DNA of 64,000 nucleotides from the NCBI RefSeq assembly GCF_000026545.1, contig NC_011601.1, one strand, 5' to 3'. Below, piece after piece: positions 41,257-53,513 of the stretch (its first letter is position 1; each line of letters starts with the position of its first letter). Source of the stretch: Escherichia coli O127:H6 str. E2348/69. Lineage in GTDB: Bacteria; Pseudomonadota; Gammaproteobacteria; Enterobacterales; Enterobacteriaceae. The notes under the pieces are model-generated. The model was not told the origin of the DNA, did not search any database, and saw only the letters and a program-made list of their open reading frames with translations. Position numbers and translations under genes: made by a program.

Positions 41257-42031
41257 AAATTATCCGGTTCTGTTTAAAGTCACGCAAAAAACCACCCCAG
41301 CGACGTTCATAGAATGGCGCAATATGTTCGGTAATAAAGTGGCTAATTCCTTTTTCCCCTTTTTTCACCTGACAAATATCGATGGGTTCATCGCCAGGTA
41401 ATGTATCGGTCGCTACACTTCCCGCAGCCTGAATAATTTCTTCGATATCACCATCGGCTTCAATGCCAATAAGTAAATTAGGCTGTGCCTCTTCGTTCTC
41501 TTTAATTGAACAAATAAAAGCACGCTTCACCGGCTTAATGGTTTTAAATAAGGTGGTAAGTGAATCAATCATTTGCGCTGGCGGCTCTGCGACCTCCGAT
41601 AATATCAGCGATTCACCGCCTTCCAGTACTTCCTGACTGCTCAGCGGATTCCCTTCTTCACCAATCAGCAAACTGATTTCACGCGGCATAAATTCTTTAC
41701 CGGTTGGCAGTTTGGCATTAAGGAAGAGCGTTTCGCCAAGGGTCATCTCAAACAATGTGCGAACAGGCATTACGACAAATGCCTGTTCGCCTTCAACCGC
41801 CTGTTGAAGTGCTTCTAACGAGGTGAAAAAAGGAATGACGCTGGTGCCGTCTTCTTTTTTCCAGTGCTGTAAATCAAGTGCGCTATCTTCAACCACAGCC
41901 TCGCCCTGTGCCGCCGTACCAGGCACCCAGACGGTGGATTCCAGTAGAGTACGGAAAAAGGCCGGGCGGTGCGCCGGTTCGGTTGCTGCTTTTTCCAGCA
42001 GGTCTTCAAGTTCGTTTTTTGTTTCGGACAT
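41255..42031 (-). CDS. sseB: Enhanced serine sensitivity protein SseB
   Basis: Recognised from sequence and synteny; start at internal Met 'MSETKNE'. Confidence 0.85.
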   Translation of the reverse strand: MSETKNELEDLLEKAATEPAHRPAFFRTLLESTVWVPGTAAQGEAVVEDSALDLQHWKKEDGTSVIPFFTSLEALQQAVEGEQAFVVMPVRTLFEMTLGETLFLNAKLPTGKEFMPREISLLIGEEGNPLSSQEVLEGGESLILSEVAEPPAQMIDSLTTLFKTIKPVKRAFICSIKENEEAQPNLLIGIEADGDIEEIIQAAGSVATDTLPGDEPIDICQVKKGEKGISHFITEHIAPFYERRWGGFLRDFKQNRII

Positions 42032-42064
42032 AAGAACCATAATTCATTCAACGTTCGGGGCGTA

Positions 42065-42170
42065 AGTGCCTGATGCGCTACGCTTATCAGGCCTACAAGG
42101 GAACCGCAATATATTGAATTTGCAATACTTTGTAGGCCGGATAAGGCATTTACGCCGCATCCGGCATATT
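42065..42170. repeat. REP/BIME element (two inverted REP units)
   Basis: 'gcctgatgcgctacgcttatcaggcctaca' and 'tgtaggccggataaggcatttacgccgcatccggca'. Confidence 0.8.
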
Positions 42171-42173
42171 AGT

Positions 42174-43457
42174 TTACGCCGTTAACAGATTAGCAATCGT
42201 GCGCACACCAAGTCCCGTAGCACCCGCAGACCACTGTTCAACCGGCGCTTTACGGTAAGTCGCCGAGCAGTCGATATGCAGCCAACCTTGCTGATAGTTC
42301 TCAACAAAGTGCGACAGGAAGCCCGCCGCTGTGCTCGCGCCTGCCGGATACGCCGCGCTTCCGGTGTTGTTCAGTTCGGCAAAGTTAGACGGCAATTGAT
42401 TGCGGTGGAACTCCGCCAGCGGCAGACGCCAGAACGGTTCATTCTCCTGCGCGGCACTCGCCAACAAGCGACCGGCAAGCGCATCGTCAAAACTGAACAG
42501 CGCGTGATAATCATTACCCAGCGCGGTTTTCGCCGCCCCGGTGAGGGTCGCCGCATCAATGATCAGTTCCGGTTTCTGCGCACTGGCATCAATCAGGCCA
42601 TCGGCCAGCACCAGACGCCCTTCGGCATCAGTGTTCATCACTTCAACTTTTTTACCGTTGCGATAGGTAATAATATCGCCCAGTTTGAACGCGTTGCCGC
42701 TGATCAGGTTATCCGCACAACAGAGGAACAGCTTCACGCGCTTGTTCAGTCCGCGCGTAATGGCAAATGCCAGCGCCCCTGTAACCGTTGCCGCACCGCC
42801 CATGTCCGACTTCATCGAGTCCATAAACGCGGTCTGTTTGATGCTGTAGCCGCCGGAATCAAAGGTGATGCCTTTACCAACCAGGCACGCGTACACTGGC
42901 GCTTCTTTATCGCCAGTTGGGTTGTAATCCAGCGCCAGCAATACCGGAGAACGTTCTGAACCGCGCCCGACCGTGTGCAGCCCCATATAACCTTGCTCAC
43001 GCAGATCTTCGCCTTTGGTGATCCGGTAAGTCACACGATCGCCTGCGACGTTGCTGATCAGATCAACAGCACGCTGTGCCAGTTGCGATGGCCCCAGCTC
43101 TTCTGCCGGTGCGTTGATGGTGTCACGCACCCAGTCGATGATCATCAGGCGGTTATCCAGTTCCTGACGCTGGGCATCGTCCAGATCCGGCCACTCCACT
43201 TTACGTATGCCTTTCGGGGCTTTGTAACCTTGCCAGAATGCCCAGCAGCGATCCGCATCCCAGCCTTCACCGCTTAACTGAACATGCTTGATGCCCAGAC
43301 CGTCAATCTTGCGCGCCGCACGCTGGATCAACCCCAGATCGTCTGCCCCGTTCAAATGCAGGGTAATGCCATCATTATTAATGCTGTAAGTCGCTTTTTC
43401 TCCCCAACGTGCGTCGGCAGGTTGGGGAGAGAGGGTAATCTTCATCGCTTCTGTCAT
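42174..43457 (-). CDS. pepB: Peptidase B (M17 aminopeptidase)
   Basis: 427 aa; 'NTDAEGRL' M17 signature. Confidence 0.93.
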
Positions 43458-43515
43458 TTTAGTTATCCTTATTCGTTTAACAGCAAAACGGGCTACCCCC
43501 AGGCAGCCCGTTCAT

Positions 43516-43716
43516 TCACTCGGCTTCGTCCAGCCAGACCAACAAAATCGCTTCGAGGATTTTCTCGTTGGATGCCTGCGGGTCGTCGTCGAAATCTTCC
43601 AGATCGCAAATCCACTGATGCATATCGGTGAATCGAACCGTTTTCGGATCAATATCAGGATACGCATCGTACAGTGCTTCGCCAATTTCGCGGCTATCCG
43701 TCCACTTAAGTCCCAT
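43516..43716 (-). CDS. iscX: Fe-S cluster assembly protein IscX
   Basis: 66 aa; '[36 protein letters not shown]...'. Confidence 0.9.
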   Translation of the reverse strand: MGLKWTDSREIGEALYDAYPDIDPKTVRFTDMHQWICDLEDFDDDPQASNEKILEAILLVWLDEAE

Positions 43717-43727
43717 ACTAACCTCTG

Positions 43728-44063
43728 TTAATGCTCACGCGCATGGTTGATAGTGTAACGCGGGATTTCGACCACTAAATCTTCGTCGGTAACGCGCGCC
43801 TGGCAGCTTAAACGGCTTTCCGGCTCCAGTCCCCAGGCTTTGTCCAGCATGTCGTCTTCCTGCTCTGTGCTTTCCGGCAGCGAGTCAAAACCTTCACGAA
43901 CGATGCAGTGGCAGGTGGTGCAAGCACAGGATTTTTCACAGGCGTGTTCAATCTCGATACCGTTACGCAGCGCAACGTCGAGAATGGTTTCACCGCTATT
44001 CGCTTCCAGAACAGCGCCATCAGGGCAGAGATCCTGATGAGGCAAAATAACAATCTTTGGCAT
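43728..44063 (-). CDS. fdx: [2Fe-2S] ferredoxin
   Basis: 111 aa; cysteine ligands '[12 protein letters not shown]'. Confidence 0.93.
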   Translation of the reverse strand: MPKIVILPHQDLCPDGAVLEANSGETILDVALRNGIEIEHACEKSCACTTCHCIVREGFDSLPESTEQEDDMLDKAWGLEPESRLSCQARVTDEDLVVEIPRYTINHAREH

Positions 44064-44064
44064 A

Positions 44065-45915
44065 TTAAACCTCGTCCACGGAATGGCCTTTCAGCGCACG
44101 ACGAACCGACTGGTCCATGCGGCGAGCGGCGAAATCCTGGGTTTGTTTGTCTACGTTTTTAATCGCTTGTTCGATGGCGTCAACATCATCGCCCTGCGCC
44201 ACTTCACTCAGGTGAGCGGCAGCATCGTCGATAGCCTGACGTTCAGCGGCGCTTAACAGCGCGGCATCAGCAGCCAGCGCACCGTGCAGACTTTCCAGCA
44301 CACGCGCCGCTTCTACTTTTTGTTCTGCCAGCATTCGGGCTTTTACGTCCTGCTCGGCATAGCTCATTGAGTCTTTGATCATCGAGGCGATTTCGCTATC
44401 GGTCAGGCCATAAGACGGTTTGACCTGAATAGACGCCTCAACGCCGGTGGATTTCTCCATCGCCGTCACGCTCAAAAGACCGTCGGCATCGACCTGGAAC
44501 GTCACGCGAATATGCGCACCGCCAGCCGGTAGCGCCGGAATACCTCGCAGCGCAAAACGCGCCAGCGAGCGGCAGTCCTGCACCAGTTCGCGCTCACCCT
44601 GCATCACATGGATAGACATCGCCGTCTGACCATCTTTAAAGGTGGTAAAATCCTGGGCGCGGGCCACCGGAATCGTGGTATTACGCGGGATCACTTTCTC
44701 CACCAGGCCGCCCATCGTTTCGAGGCCCAGCGACAGCGGGATCACATCCAGCAACAGCATTTCGCTGTCCGGCTTGTTACCCACCAGAATATCCGCCTGA
44801 ATCGCCGCGCCAATAGCGACGACTTTATCCGGGTCGATAGAAGTCAGCGGTGGACGACCGAAAAATTCGCCTACTCGTTCACGCACCAGCGGCACGCGAG
44901 TAGAACCGCCCACCATCACCACTTCCAGCACTTCATCAGCTTCTACGCCCGCATCTTTCAGCGCGCGACGACAAGCCAGTAAGGTTCGTTTTACCAGTGG
45001 CGCGATCAGTTCATTGAATTGTTCACGGCTGATTTCGCCCTGCCAGCCCGCAACGTTAACGGTCACAGAGTCCGCATCGCTCAGCGCGATTTTGGCCGCA
45101 ATGGCAGCATCGAGCAGTTCACGCTGAACGCGGTTATCGCTACGATCAGGAATGCCCGCCTGCTCGCGAATGTAATCCGCCAGCAGATGGTCGAAATCAT
45201 CGCCGCCGAGCGCGGAATCACCACCGGTCGCCAGCACTTCAAACACGCCGCGACTTAAGCGCAGAATGGAAATATCAAACGTCCCGCCGCCGAGGTCATA
45301 AACAGCGATCACGCCTTCCTGGCCGGAATCCAGCCCGTAGGCAATAGCCGCAGCGGTCGGTTCATTAAGTAAGCGCAGAACATGCAGCCCCGCCAGACGC
45401 GCCGCGTCTTTGGTGCCCTGACGCTGGGCATCGTCAAAGTACGCCGGAACGGTGATAACGACACCATCCAGCTCGCCTGCCAGGGCTTCAGTTGCCCGCG
45501 CCGCCAGTGCTTTGAGGATGTCCGCAGAAACGCGCACCGGGTTCAGCAGCCCCGCCGCCGTTTCAATCATCGGCAGGCCATTTTCGCTGGCCTGGAATTG
45601 ATAAGGCAGATGCGGATAGCGTTGCTGGATATCAGCCAGCGAGCGCCCCATCAGGCGTTTAACAGAACTAATGGTGTTGGCAGTGTCGAGCGCTGCGTTA
45701 GTACGCGCGTCATAACCCACCGAATGCCCTTGCTGTTGATAGTGAACAACAGATGGCAGCAGGTGACGGCCTTCATGGTCAGCTAACGTTTCGGCCTGAC
45801 CGCTGCGCACTGTTGCCACCAGCGAGTTGGTTGTGCCCAGGTCAATACCGGCCGCCAGGCGACGCTGATGCGGCGCAGCACTCAAACCAGGTTCACTAAT
45901 TTGTAATAAGGCCAT
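44065..45915 (-). CDS. hscA: Fe-S cluster chaperone HscA (Hsp70 family)
   Basis: 'IDLGTTNS' Hsp70 motif; start at internal '[10 protein letters not shown]' gives 616 aa. Confidence 0.93.
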
Positions 45916-45931
45916 GTTTAGCTTCCAGAAA

Positions 45932-46447
45932 TTAAAAATCGAGCAGTTTTTCTTCGAGTTGTTCGGCACTGCTCCGCAGTTTATCGAGAAAACGCAGCTT
46001 ACGCACGGTATCCGCCGCCGCGTCCCACGTCTCGTTGTCTAACTGTTCAACCATCAACTGATGGCGGGTATCAAACATCTTTTTCACACGTTTGATAAAG
46101 CTTTCCAGCCGCGCTTCATCTTTCGCCTGTTCGATCTCGTCCAGTTCTTCGCGCAGTTCCAGCTGTTCCATCAGGAACGCGGTGTCGCGCACAGTATGCT
46201 GCTCGCTGGCGAGATCAAAACCGTGCAAAGAAAGCAAATATTCCGCGCGCATTAACGGATGACGCAGCGTTTGCCAGGCCTGGTTAATGGTCGCGGATTG
46301 CTGTACGGCGGCGAGTTGTTCCGCCTGGCTTCCGCTGGCGAATTTATCAGGATGATACTGACGTTGTAGATCCTGAAAACGCAGGCTCAGCGCCTGGGTA
46401 TCGAGTTGATAACGGGCAGGCAAGCCAAAGAGGGTGAAGTAATCCAT
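45932..46447 (-). CDS. hscB: Co-chaperone HscB (J-domain)
   Basis: 171 aa; J-domain 'HPD' motif ('YHPDKF'). Confidence 0.93.
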
Positions 46448-46542
46448 AACATTCTCAGGGCTGCGATCCGCCGCGATAACGGCGAATCAGGTAAAACAAA
46501 CCCCACGCGCAGGCGACCACGGTGGGGTTATCGGTATGCGCA

Positions 46543-46866
46543 TCAAACGTGGAAGCTTTCGCCGCAACCACACTCATCTTTGACGTTCGGGTTGGTGAAT
46601 TTAAACCCTTCGTTAAGGCCTTCTTTGACGAAGTCCAGCTGCGTACCGTCCAGAAATTGCAGGCTTTTGCCATCGACCACGACTTTCACGCCTTTGTCTT
46701 CAAACACGATGTCTTCCGGCGTCGGTTCGTCAACAAATTCCAGTACATAAGCCATACCTGAACACCCGGAGGTTCTCACGCCCAGACGCAGGCCAAACCC
46801 TTTACCGCGGTTAGCCAGAAAGGTATTTACTCGCGCTGCTGCACTGTCGCTCAGTGTAATCGACAT
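46543..46866 (-). CDS. iscA: Iron-binding A-type carrier IscA
   Basis: C-terminal 'CGCGESF' motif; 107 aa from the internal Met. Confidence 0.93.
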   Translation of the reverse strand: MSITLSDSAAARVNTFLANRGKGFGLRLGVRTSGCSGMAYVLEFVDEPTPEDIVFEDKGVKVVVDGKSLQFLDGTQLDFVKEGLNEGFKFTNPNVKDECGCGESFHV

Positions 46867-46882
46867 AACCAAACCTCAACTC

Positions 46883-47269
46883 TTATTTTGCTTCACGTTT
46901 GCTTTTATAGTCCGCAATGGCGGCTTTGATCGCGTCTTCTGCCAGAATAGAACAGTGAATTTTCACCGGCGGCAGTTCAAGTTCTTCAGCAATATCGGTG
47001 TTTTTGATCGCCTGCGCTTCGTCGAGAGACTTCCCTTTCACCCATTCGGTGACCAGGGAGCTGGAAGCGATAGCGGAACCGCAGCCGTAAGTTTTAAAAC
47101 GCGCGTCTTCAATGATACCTTCATCGTTGACTTTAATCTGCAACTTCATCACGTCGCCACAGGCCGGTGCACCCACCATGCCGCTGCCGACGTTCTCGTC
47201 GTTGTTGTCAAAGGAACCCACGTTACGCGGATTCTCGTAATGGTCGATAACTTTTTCGCTGTAAGCCAT
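46883..47269 (-). CDS. iscU: Fe-S cluster scaffold IscU
   Basis: 128 aa; 'GAPACGDVMKLQ', 'LPPVKIHCS'. Confidence 0.95.
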   Translation of the reverse strand: MAYSEKVIDHYENPRNVGSFDNNDENVGSGMVGAPACGDVMKLQIKVNDEGIIEDARFKTYGCGSAIASSSLVTEWVKGKSLDEAQAIKNTDIAEELELPPVKIHCSILAEDAIKAAIADYKSKREAK

Positions 47270-47296
47270 TATAAATTCTCCTGATTCCGATACCGA

Positions 47297-48511
47297 TTAA
47301 TGATGAGCCCATTCGATGCTGTTCAGATCCACGCCCTGCTTGTACATTTCCCACAGCGGAGAAAGGTCACGCAGACGACCGATGGATTTACGAACTAACT
47401 CGATGGTGTAGTCGATCTCTTCTTCAGTAGTAAAACGACCTAAAGAGAAACGGATAGAGCTATGTGCCAGCTCGTCGTTCAGCCCCAGCGCGCGCAGCAC
47501 GTAGGACGGTTCGAGGCTTGCTGACGTACAGGCGGAACCTGAAGAAACCGCGAGGTCTTTCAGCGCCATAATCAGCGACTCACCTTCAACGTAGTTGAAG
47601 CTGACGTTGAGAATGTTCGGCGCACCGTGTTCCAGGTCACCGTTCAGGTAAACTTCTTCGATATCTTTGATGCCGTTCCACAGACGGTTACGCAGGCCGC
47701 GCAGGCGTTCCATCTCGGTCGCCATCTCTTCTTTTGCGATACGGTAAGCTTCGCCCATACCGACGATCTGGTGAACAGGCAGAGTGCCGGAACGCATACC
47801 GCGCTCGTGACCGCCGCCATGCATTTGTGCTTCGATACGTACGCGCGGTTTACGACGCACATACAGCGCACCAATACCTTTCGGGCCATAGATTTTGTGA
47901 CCGGAGAAAGACATCAGGTCAACTTTCAACTGGCTCAGATCGATAGGCAGTTTGCCCACGCTCTGGGTTGCATCAACGTGATAGATAATGCCACGAGCAC
48001 GGCACATTTCGCCGATAGCCGCGATATCCTGCACCACGCCGATTTCGTTATTTACGTGCATGATGGAAACAAGGATGGTGTCATCACGCATCGCTGCTTC
48101 CAGTTCTTTCAGGTCGATAATGCCGTTACGCTGCGGTGCCAGGTAAGTGACTTCAAAACCTTCGCGCTCCAGCTGACGGCAGGTATCCAGTACCGCTTTA
48201 TGTTCGGTTTTACTGGTGATGATGTGCTTGCCTTTTTTCTGATAAAAGTTGGCTGCACCTTTGATCGCCAGGTTGTCAGATTCGGTTGCACCAGAGGTAA
48301 AGACGATTTCACGCGGATCAGCGCCGACCAGATCGGCAATCTGATTACGGGCGATATCTACCGCTTCTTCAGCCTGCCAGCCGAAACGGTGAGAACGGGA
48401 GGCCGGGTTACCAAAGGTTCCGTCCATCGTCATAAACTGCATCATTTTCTCGGCAACACGCGGGTCCACCGGCGTGGTTGCGGAGTAGTCGAGATAAATC
48501 GGTAATTTCAT
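47297..48511 (-). CDS. iscS: Cysteine desulfurase IscS
   Basis: '[16 protein letters not shown]...', '[10 protein letters not shown]' PLP-lysine motif, 'SSGSACTS'; 404 aa from the internal Met. Confidence 0.95.
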
Positions 48512-48622
48512 TGCTCTATAAACTCCGTACATCACTCAATGCAAGGAACCAGGCTACCGGCTGGATGTACGACCGTGTTTACGGAGTGTTTAGCACTCCG
48601 GCCTGATTCTGAATTCTTTTTA

Positions 48623-49111
48623 TTAAGCGCGTAACTTAACGTCGATCGCGTCTTGTGTGCGGGTGCGTGGCGCGTCGTGAGTATGCTGACGACCAGACAC
48701 ATCCAGCACTTCCTGGTTATTAACCAGTTCGCCTAAAGTAATGTTATTGAGAAAACCGGTGAGACGGTCGCTCAAATCACGCCACAGCGCGTGGGTCAGG
48801 CACTTATCGCCGCCCTGACAACCGCCTTTACCCTGACAACGGGTGGCATCTACAGATTCATCAACGGCGCTAATCACTTCGCCAACGGCGATGCTGCTGG
48901 CATCTTTGCCTAACAGATAACCACCGCCTGGTCCACGTACGCTGGAAACCAGACCATTTTTACGCAGACGGGAAAACAGTTGTTCCAGATAAGAAAGGGA
49001 AATTCCCTGACGTTCGGAAATATCAGCCAACGGTACCGGGCCCGCTTCAGAGTTGAGCGCAACGTCAAGCATTGCGGTCACGGCATAGCGCCCTTTAGAT
49101 GTCAGTCTCAT
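48623..49111 (-). CDS. iscR: Fe-S cluster regulator IscR
   Basis: 162 aa; Rrf2-family HTH; cluster-ligand region '[16 protein letters not shown]'. Confidence 0.95.
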
Positions 49112-49250
49112 GTCTTACTTCACCTCAAACTCGCCCCTGCCCGGGGTTTTTTATTGTAAAAGTGGGGGTATTGCATAGCAGGGTCAAGTCTGACATTCCC
49201 GAGTAAATTGGTCAACTATTTACTTGACTGATTTAGTCGGGTATTTAACC
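49112..49250 (-). promoter_or_regulatory. iscRSUA promoter/operator region
   Basis: Intergenic region directly upstream of iscR; IscR autoregulation at this position is established; specific boxes not delimited. Confidence 0.5.
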
Positions 49251-49289
49251 TTCAGTGCCATTTTTTATCGTGGCGTTTGTACCTGTTGT

Positions 49290-49375
49290 CGGATGCGGTG
49301 TGAACACCTTATCCGACCTGGGATTCCGTGCACTTACAGGCCTGATAAGACGCGTTAAGCATCGCATCAGGCAAC
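49290..49375. repeat. REP element(s) between iscR and trmJ
   Basis: 'cggatgcggtgtgaacaccttatccgacc' and 'caggcctgataagacgcgttaagcatcgcatcaggca'. Confidence 0.75.
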
Positions 49376-49380
49376 CACTA

Positions 49381-50121
49381 TTATTCGGCCTTGTTACCTT
49401 TATTCTGCTGCTCAATAGAAGCCAGAATCCCGCGCAGGATATTCAATTCCTGGCTTTCCGGGCGTGCACGGGTAAACAGACGGCGCAATTTATTCATCAC
49501 CTGCCCCGGATGGTTTTCACGGATAAAACCGGTTGCCAGCAGCGTTTGCTCCAGATGACCATAAAAACGCTCCAGATCATCGACCAGCGGATACGGCGTC
49601 TCTTCATGCTCGACCTGCTCGCCATTTTCCTGAGTTGCCAGCCAGGCCATGCGCACTTCATAGGCAATAACCTGAACCGCCATCGCCAGGTTCAGCGAAC
49701 TGTATTCCGGGTTAGCCGCAATCGCGACATGATAATGGCATTTCTGCAACTCTTCATTGGTCAAGCCGACGCGCTCGCGACCAAACACCAGCGCCACCGG
49801 GGTATTTGCCGCTTCAGCGACGCTTTTCAGACCGCATTCGCGCGGGTCGAGCATCGGCCACGGCAGCGTGCGGGAGCGAGCGCTGGTGCCCACCACCAGA
49901 CTACAACCGGCTAACGCTTCGTCGAGCGTATCGACGATGTGAGCATTACCAATCACATCGCTGGCCCCTGCTGCCAGGGCAATCGCCTGGGAGTCAGGTT
50001 TCACTAGTGGATTAACCAGCCACAGATTGGTTAATCCCATTGTTTTCATGGCACGGGCAACAGAACCCATATTGCCGGTGTGTGACGTCTCCACCAGCAC
50101 AATTCGAATATTTTGCAGCAT
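49381..50121 (-). CDS. trmJ: tRNA (cytidine/uridine-2'-O)-methyltransferase TrmJ
   Basis: 246 aa SPOUT-family methyltransferase; synteny. Confidence 0.9.
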
Positions 50122-50239
50122 TGTCTTTCTTCATCTAAAGATTATTCACGCATCTTATCATAAAACGAAGACAGATGCCGATCTCGCTGCTATACTCTGC
50201 GCCGTTTTCCCGTTCTTTAACATCCAGTGAGAGAGACCG

Positions 50240-51043
50240 ATGCATCCGATGCTGAACATCGCCGTGCGCGCAGCGCGCAAGGCGGGTAATTTAATTGCCA
50301 AAAACTATGAAACCCCGGACGCTGTAGAAGCGAGCCAGAAAGGCAGTAACGATTTCGTGACCAACGTAGATAAAGCTGCCGAAGCGGTGATTATCGACAC
50401 GATTCGTAAATCTTACCCACAGCACACCATCATCACCGAAGAAAGCGGTGAACTTGAAGGTACTGATCAGGATGTTCAATGGGTTATCGATCCACTGGAT
50501 GGCACTACCAACTTTATCAAACGTCTGCCGCACTTCGCGGTATCTATCGCCGTTCGTATCAAAGGCCGTACCGAAGTTGCTGTGGTATACGATCCTATGC
50601 GTAACGAACTGTTCACCGCCACTCGCGGTCAGGGCGCACAGCTGAACGGCTACCGTCTGCGCGGCAGCACCGCTCGCGATCTCGACGGTACTATTCTGGC
50701 GACCGGCTTCCCGTTCAAAGCAAAACAGTACGCCACTACCTACATCAACATCGTCGGCAAACTGTTCAACGAATGTGCAGACTTCCGTCGTACCGGTTCT
50801 GCGGCGCTGGATCTGGCTTACGTCGCTGCGGGTCGTGTTGACGGTTTCTTTGAAATCGGTCTGCGCCCGTGGGATTTCGCGGCAGGCGAGCTGCTGGTTC
50901 GTGAAGCAGGCGGCATCGTCAGCGACTTCACCGGTGGTCATAACTATATGCTGACCGGTAACATCGTTGCTGGTAACCCGCGCGTTGTTAAAGCCATGCT
51001 GGCGAACATGCGTGACGAGTTAAGCGACGCTCTGAAGCGTTAA
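50240..51043 (+). CDS. suhB: Inositol monophosphatase SuhB
   Basis: 267 aa; 'WVIDPLDGTTNF' inositol monophosphatase motif. Confidence 0.95.
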   Translation: MHPMLNIAVRAARKAGNLIAKNYETPDAVEASQKGSNDFVTNVDKAAEAVIIDTIRKSYPQHTIITEESGELEGTDQDVQWVIDPLDGTTNFIKRLPHFAVSIAVRIKGRTEVAVVYDPMRNELFTATRGQGAQLNGYRLRGSTARDLDGTILATGFPFKAKQYATTYINIVGKLFNECADFRRTGSAALDLAYVAAGRVDGFFEIGLRPWDFAAGELLVREAGGIVSDFTGGHNYMLTGNIVAGNPRVVKAMLANMRDELSDALKR

Positions 51044-51187
51044 TGACTCAGGCGGGTGATATCACTCACCCGCCCTCGCCTTTCAGGCGCTATTCCGAAA
51101 TACTTCCTCACCGCTTTACTTTCTTTCGTCACTCTCCCACCATCTTTCCCCGATTAATGGATGATAAAGAAGTCGCAAGGAAAGATT

Positions 51188-52042
51188 ATGGCGCTGCCAG
51201 TGAACAAACGCGTTCTCAAAATTCTGTTTATTCTCTTTGTTGTTGCCTTCTGCGTTTATTTAGTGCCGCGCGTCGCCATCAACTTCTTCTATTATCCTGA
51301 CGATAAAATATACGGTCCCGACCCCTGGTCGGCGGAATCCGTCGAATTTACGGCTAAGGACGGTACTCGTCTGCAAGGCTGGTTTATTCCTTCTTCGACG
51401 GGCCCTGCTGACAACGCCATCGCAACCATCATTCATGCTCACGGCAATGCCGGAAATATGTCCGCCCACTGGCCGCTGGTCAGTTGGTTACCCGAGCGTA
51501 ATTTCAACGTTTTTATGTTTGATTATCGCGGGTTTGGTAAATCAAAAGGCACGCCGTCCCAGGCCGGATTGCTGGACGATACGCAAAGTGCCATCAATGT
51601 GGTGCGCCATCGCAGCGATGTAAACCCACAACGGCTGGTGCTGTTCGGGCAGAGTATTGGCGGGGCGAATATTCTGGATGTTATTGGTCAGGGTGATAGT
51701 GAAGGCATACGTGCGGTGATCCTCGACTCCACATTTGCCTCTTATGCGACCATTGCCAACCAGATGATCCCCGGCAGTGGCTACTTACTTGATGAGAGTT
51801 ACAGCGGCGAAAATTACATCGCCAGCGTCAGCCCGATCCCGCTTTTACTCATTCACGGTAAAGCTGATCACGTTATCCCATGGCAGCACAGTGAAAAGTT
51901 GTATAGCCTGGCAAAAGAACCAAAACGGTTGATCCTAATCCCGGATGGCGAACACATTGATGCTTTTTCCGATCGTCACGGCGATGTTTATCGCGAACAG
52001 ATGGTGGATTTTATCCTTAGCGCATTGAATCCGCAGAACTAA
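51188..52042 (+). CDS. yfhR: Alpha/beta-hydrolase YfhR
   Basis: 'GQSIGG' nucleophile-elbow motif; start at internal 'MALPVNKR'. Confidence 0.85.
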   Translation: MALPVNKRVLKILFILFVVAFCVYLVPRVAINFFYYPDDKIYGPDPWSAESVEFTAKDGTRLQGWFIPSSTGPADNAIATIIHAHGNAGNMSAHWPLVSWLPERNFNVFMFDYRGFGKSKGTPSQAGLLDDTQSAINVVRHRSDVNPQRLVLFGQSIGGANILDVIGQGDSEGIRAVILDSTFASYATIANQMIPGSGYLLDESYSGENYIASVSPIPLLLIHGKADHVIPWQHSEKLYSLAKEPKRLILIPDGEHIDAFSDRHGDVYREQMVDFILSALNPQN

Positions 52043-52232
52043 CCCATGATCGCTAGCACGATAATCATTCACAAAACCACCTTAAGACATGCTAATCCAC
52101 TGGTCAGAACAGTTTAAGATGAGAAAAATTCTGTGATGCTTGCCAACATTTCTGATGATTAGCATTCCCTTCGCCATTTCCCTGAGCAAACTTTAGCTAT
52201 TCTTATCAATTATGCTTATGGGAGATCTACAG

Positions 52233-53513
52233 ATGATGCCTACGCTTGCTCCACCATCTGTCCTTTCGGCTCCCCAGCGCCGCTGCCAGATCTTGCTGAC
52301 GCTCTTTCAGCCGGGGTTGACCGCCACCACGGCAACTTTCAGCGAGCTTAATGGTGTGGATGATGATATTGCCAGTCTTGATATCAGCGAAACAGGACGG
52401 GAGATCCTGCGCTATCATCAACTCACACTGACTACTGGTTATGACGGCAGCTACCGGGTTGAAGGTACAGTGCTTAACCAACGCTTGTGTTTATTTCACT
52501 GGCTACGACGTGGTTTCCGTCTGTGTCCGTCATTTATTACCAGCCGATTCACCCCCGCCCTGAAGAGTGAACTGAAGCGGCGCGGAATTGCGCGTAACTT
52601 TTACGACGATACCAATCTACAAGCGTTAGTGAATCTCTGCTCTCGACGGCTGCAAAAACGCTTTGAAACGCGCGATATTCATTTCCTGTGTCTGTATTTG
52701 CAATATTGTTTGTTGCAACATCACGCTGGAATTACGCCTCAGTTTAATCCGCTCCAACGTCGCTGGGCAGAATCCTGCCTTGAATTTCAGGTAGCGCAGG
52801 AAATTGGACGCCACTGGCAGCGTCGGGCGCTCCAGCCTGTACCGCCTGATGAGCCACTATTTATGGCACTACTTTTTTCCATGTTGCGGGTTCCCGATCC
52901 ACTGCGGGATGCGCATCAGCGGGACAGACAACTGCGTCAGTCTATCAAACGTCTGGTAAACCACTTTCGTGAGCTGGGAAATGTTCGTTTTTATGATGAA
53001 CAGGGGTTATGCGATCAGCTTTATACCCACCTCGCCCAGGCGTTAAATCGCAGTTTGTTTGCCATCGGTATTGATAACACCCTGCCGGAAGAGTTCGCCC
53101 GCCTGTATCCACGCTTGGTGCGCACCACCCGCGCGGCGCTGGCTGGATTTGAAAGTGAATACGGCGTCCATCTTTCTGATGAGGAAAGCGGTCTGGTCGC
53201 GGTGATTTTTGGTGCCTGGCTAATGCAGGAAAACGACCTGCATGAGAAACAGATTATTCTACTGACCGGGAATGATAGCGAGCGAGAAGCGCAGATTGAG
53301 CAGCAGCTACGCGAACTAACGTTACTGCCGCTCAACATTAAACATATGTCGGTAAAGGTATTTTTGCAGACAGGCGCTCCGCGCGGCGCGGCACTGATTA
53401 TTGCTCCTTATACCATGCCGTTACCGCTCTTTTCACCACCGCTGATCTATACGGACCTGACGCTGACAACACATCAACAGGAGCAGATCCGCAAAATGCT
53501 CGAATCAGCATGA
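52233..53513 (+). CDS. csiE: Stationary-phase inducible protein CsiE
   Basis: Start at internal 'MMPTLAPPSVLSAPQRRCQILL' gives 426 aa; synteny. Confidence 0.85.
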   Translation: MMPTLAPPSVLSAPQRRCQILLTLFQPGLTATTATFSELNGVDDDIASLDISETGREILRYHQLTLTTGYDGSYRVEGTVLNQRLCLFHWLRRGFRLCPSFITSRFTPALKSELKRRGIARNFYDDTNLQALVNLCSRRLQKRFETRDIHFLCLYLQYCLLQHHAGITPQFNPLQRRWAESCLEFQVAQEIGRHWQRRALQPVPPDEPLFMALLFSMLRVPDPLRDAHQRDRQLRQSIKRLVNHFRELGNVRFYDEQGLCDQLYTHLAQALNRSLFAIGIDNTLPEEFARLYPRLVRTTRAALAGFESEYGVHLSDEESGLVAVIFGAWLMQENDLHEKQIILLTGNDSEREAQIEQQLRELTLLPLNIKHMSVKVFLQTGAPRGAALIIAPYTMPLPLFSPPLIYTDLTLTTHQQEQIRKMLESA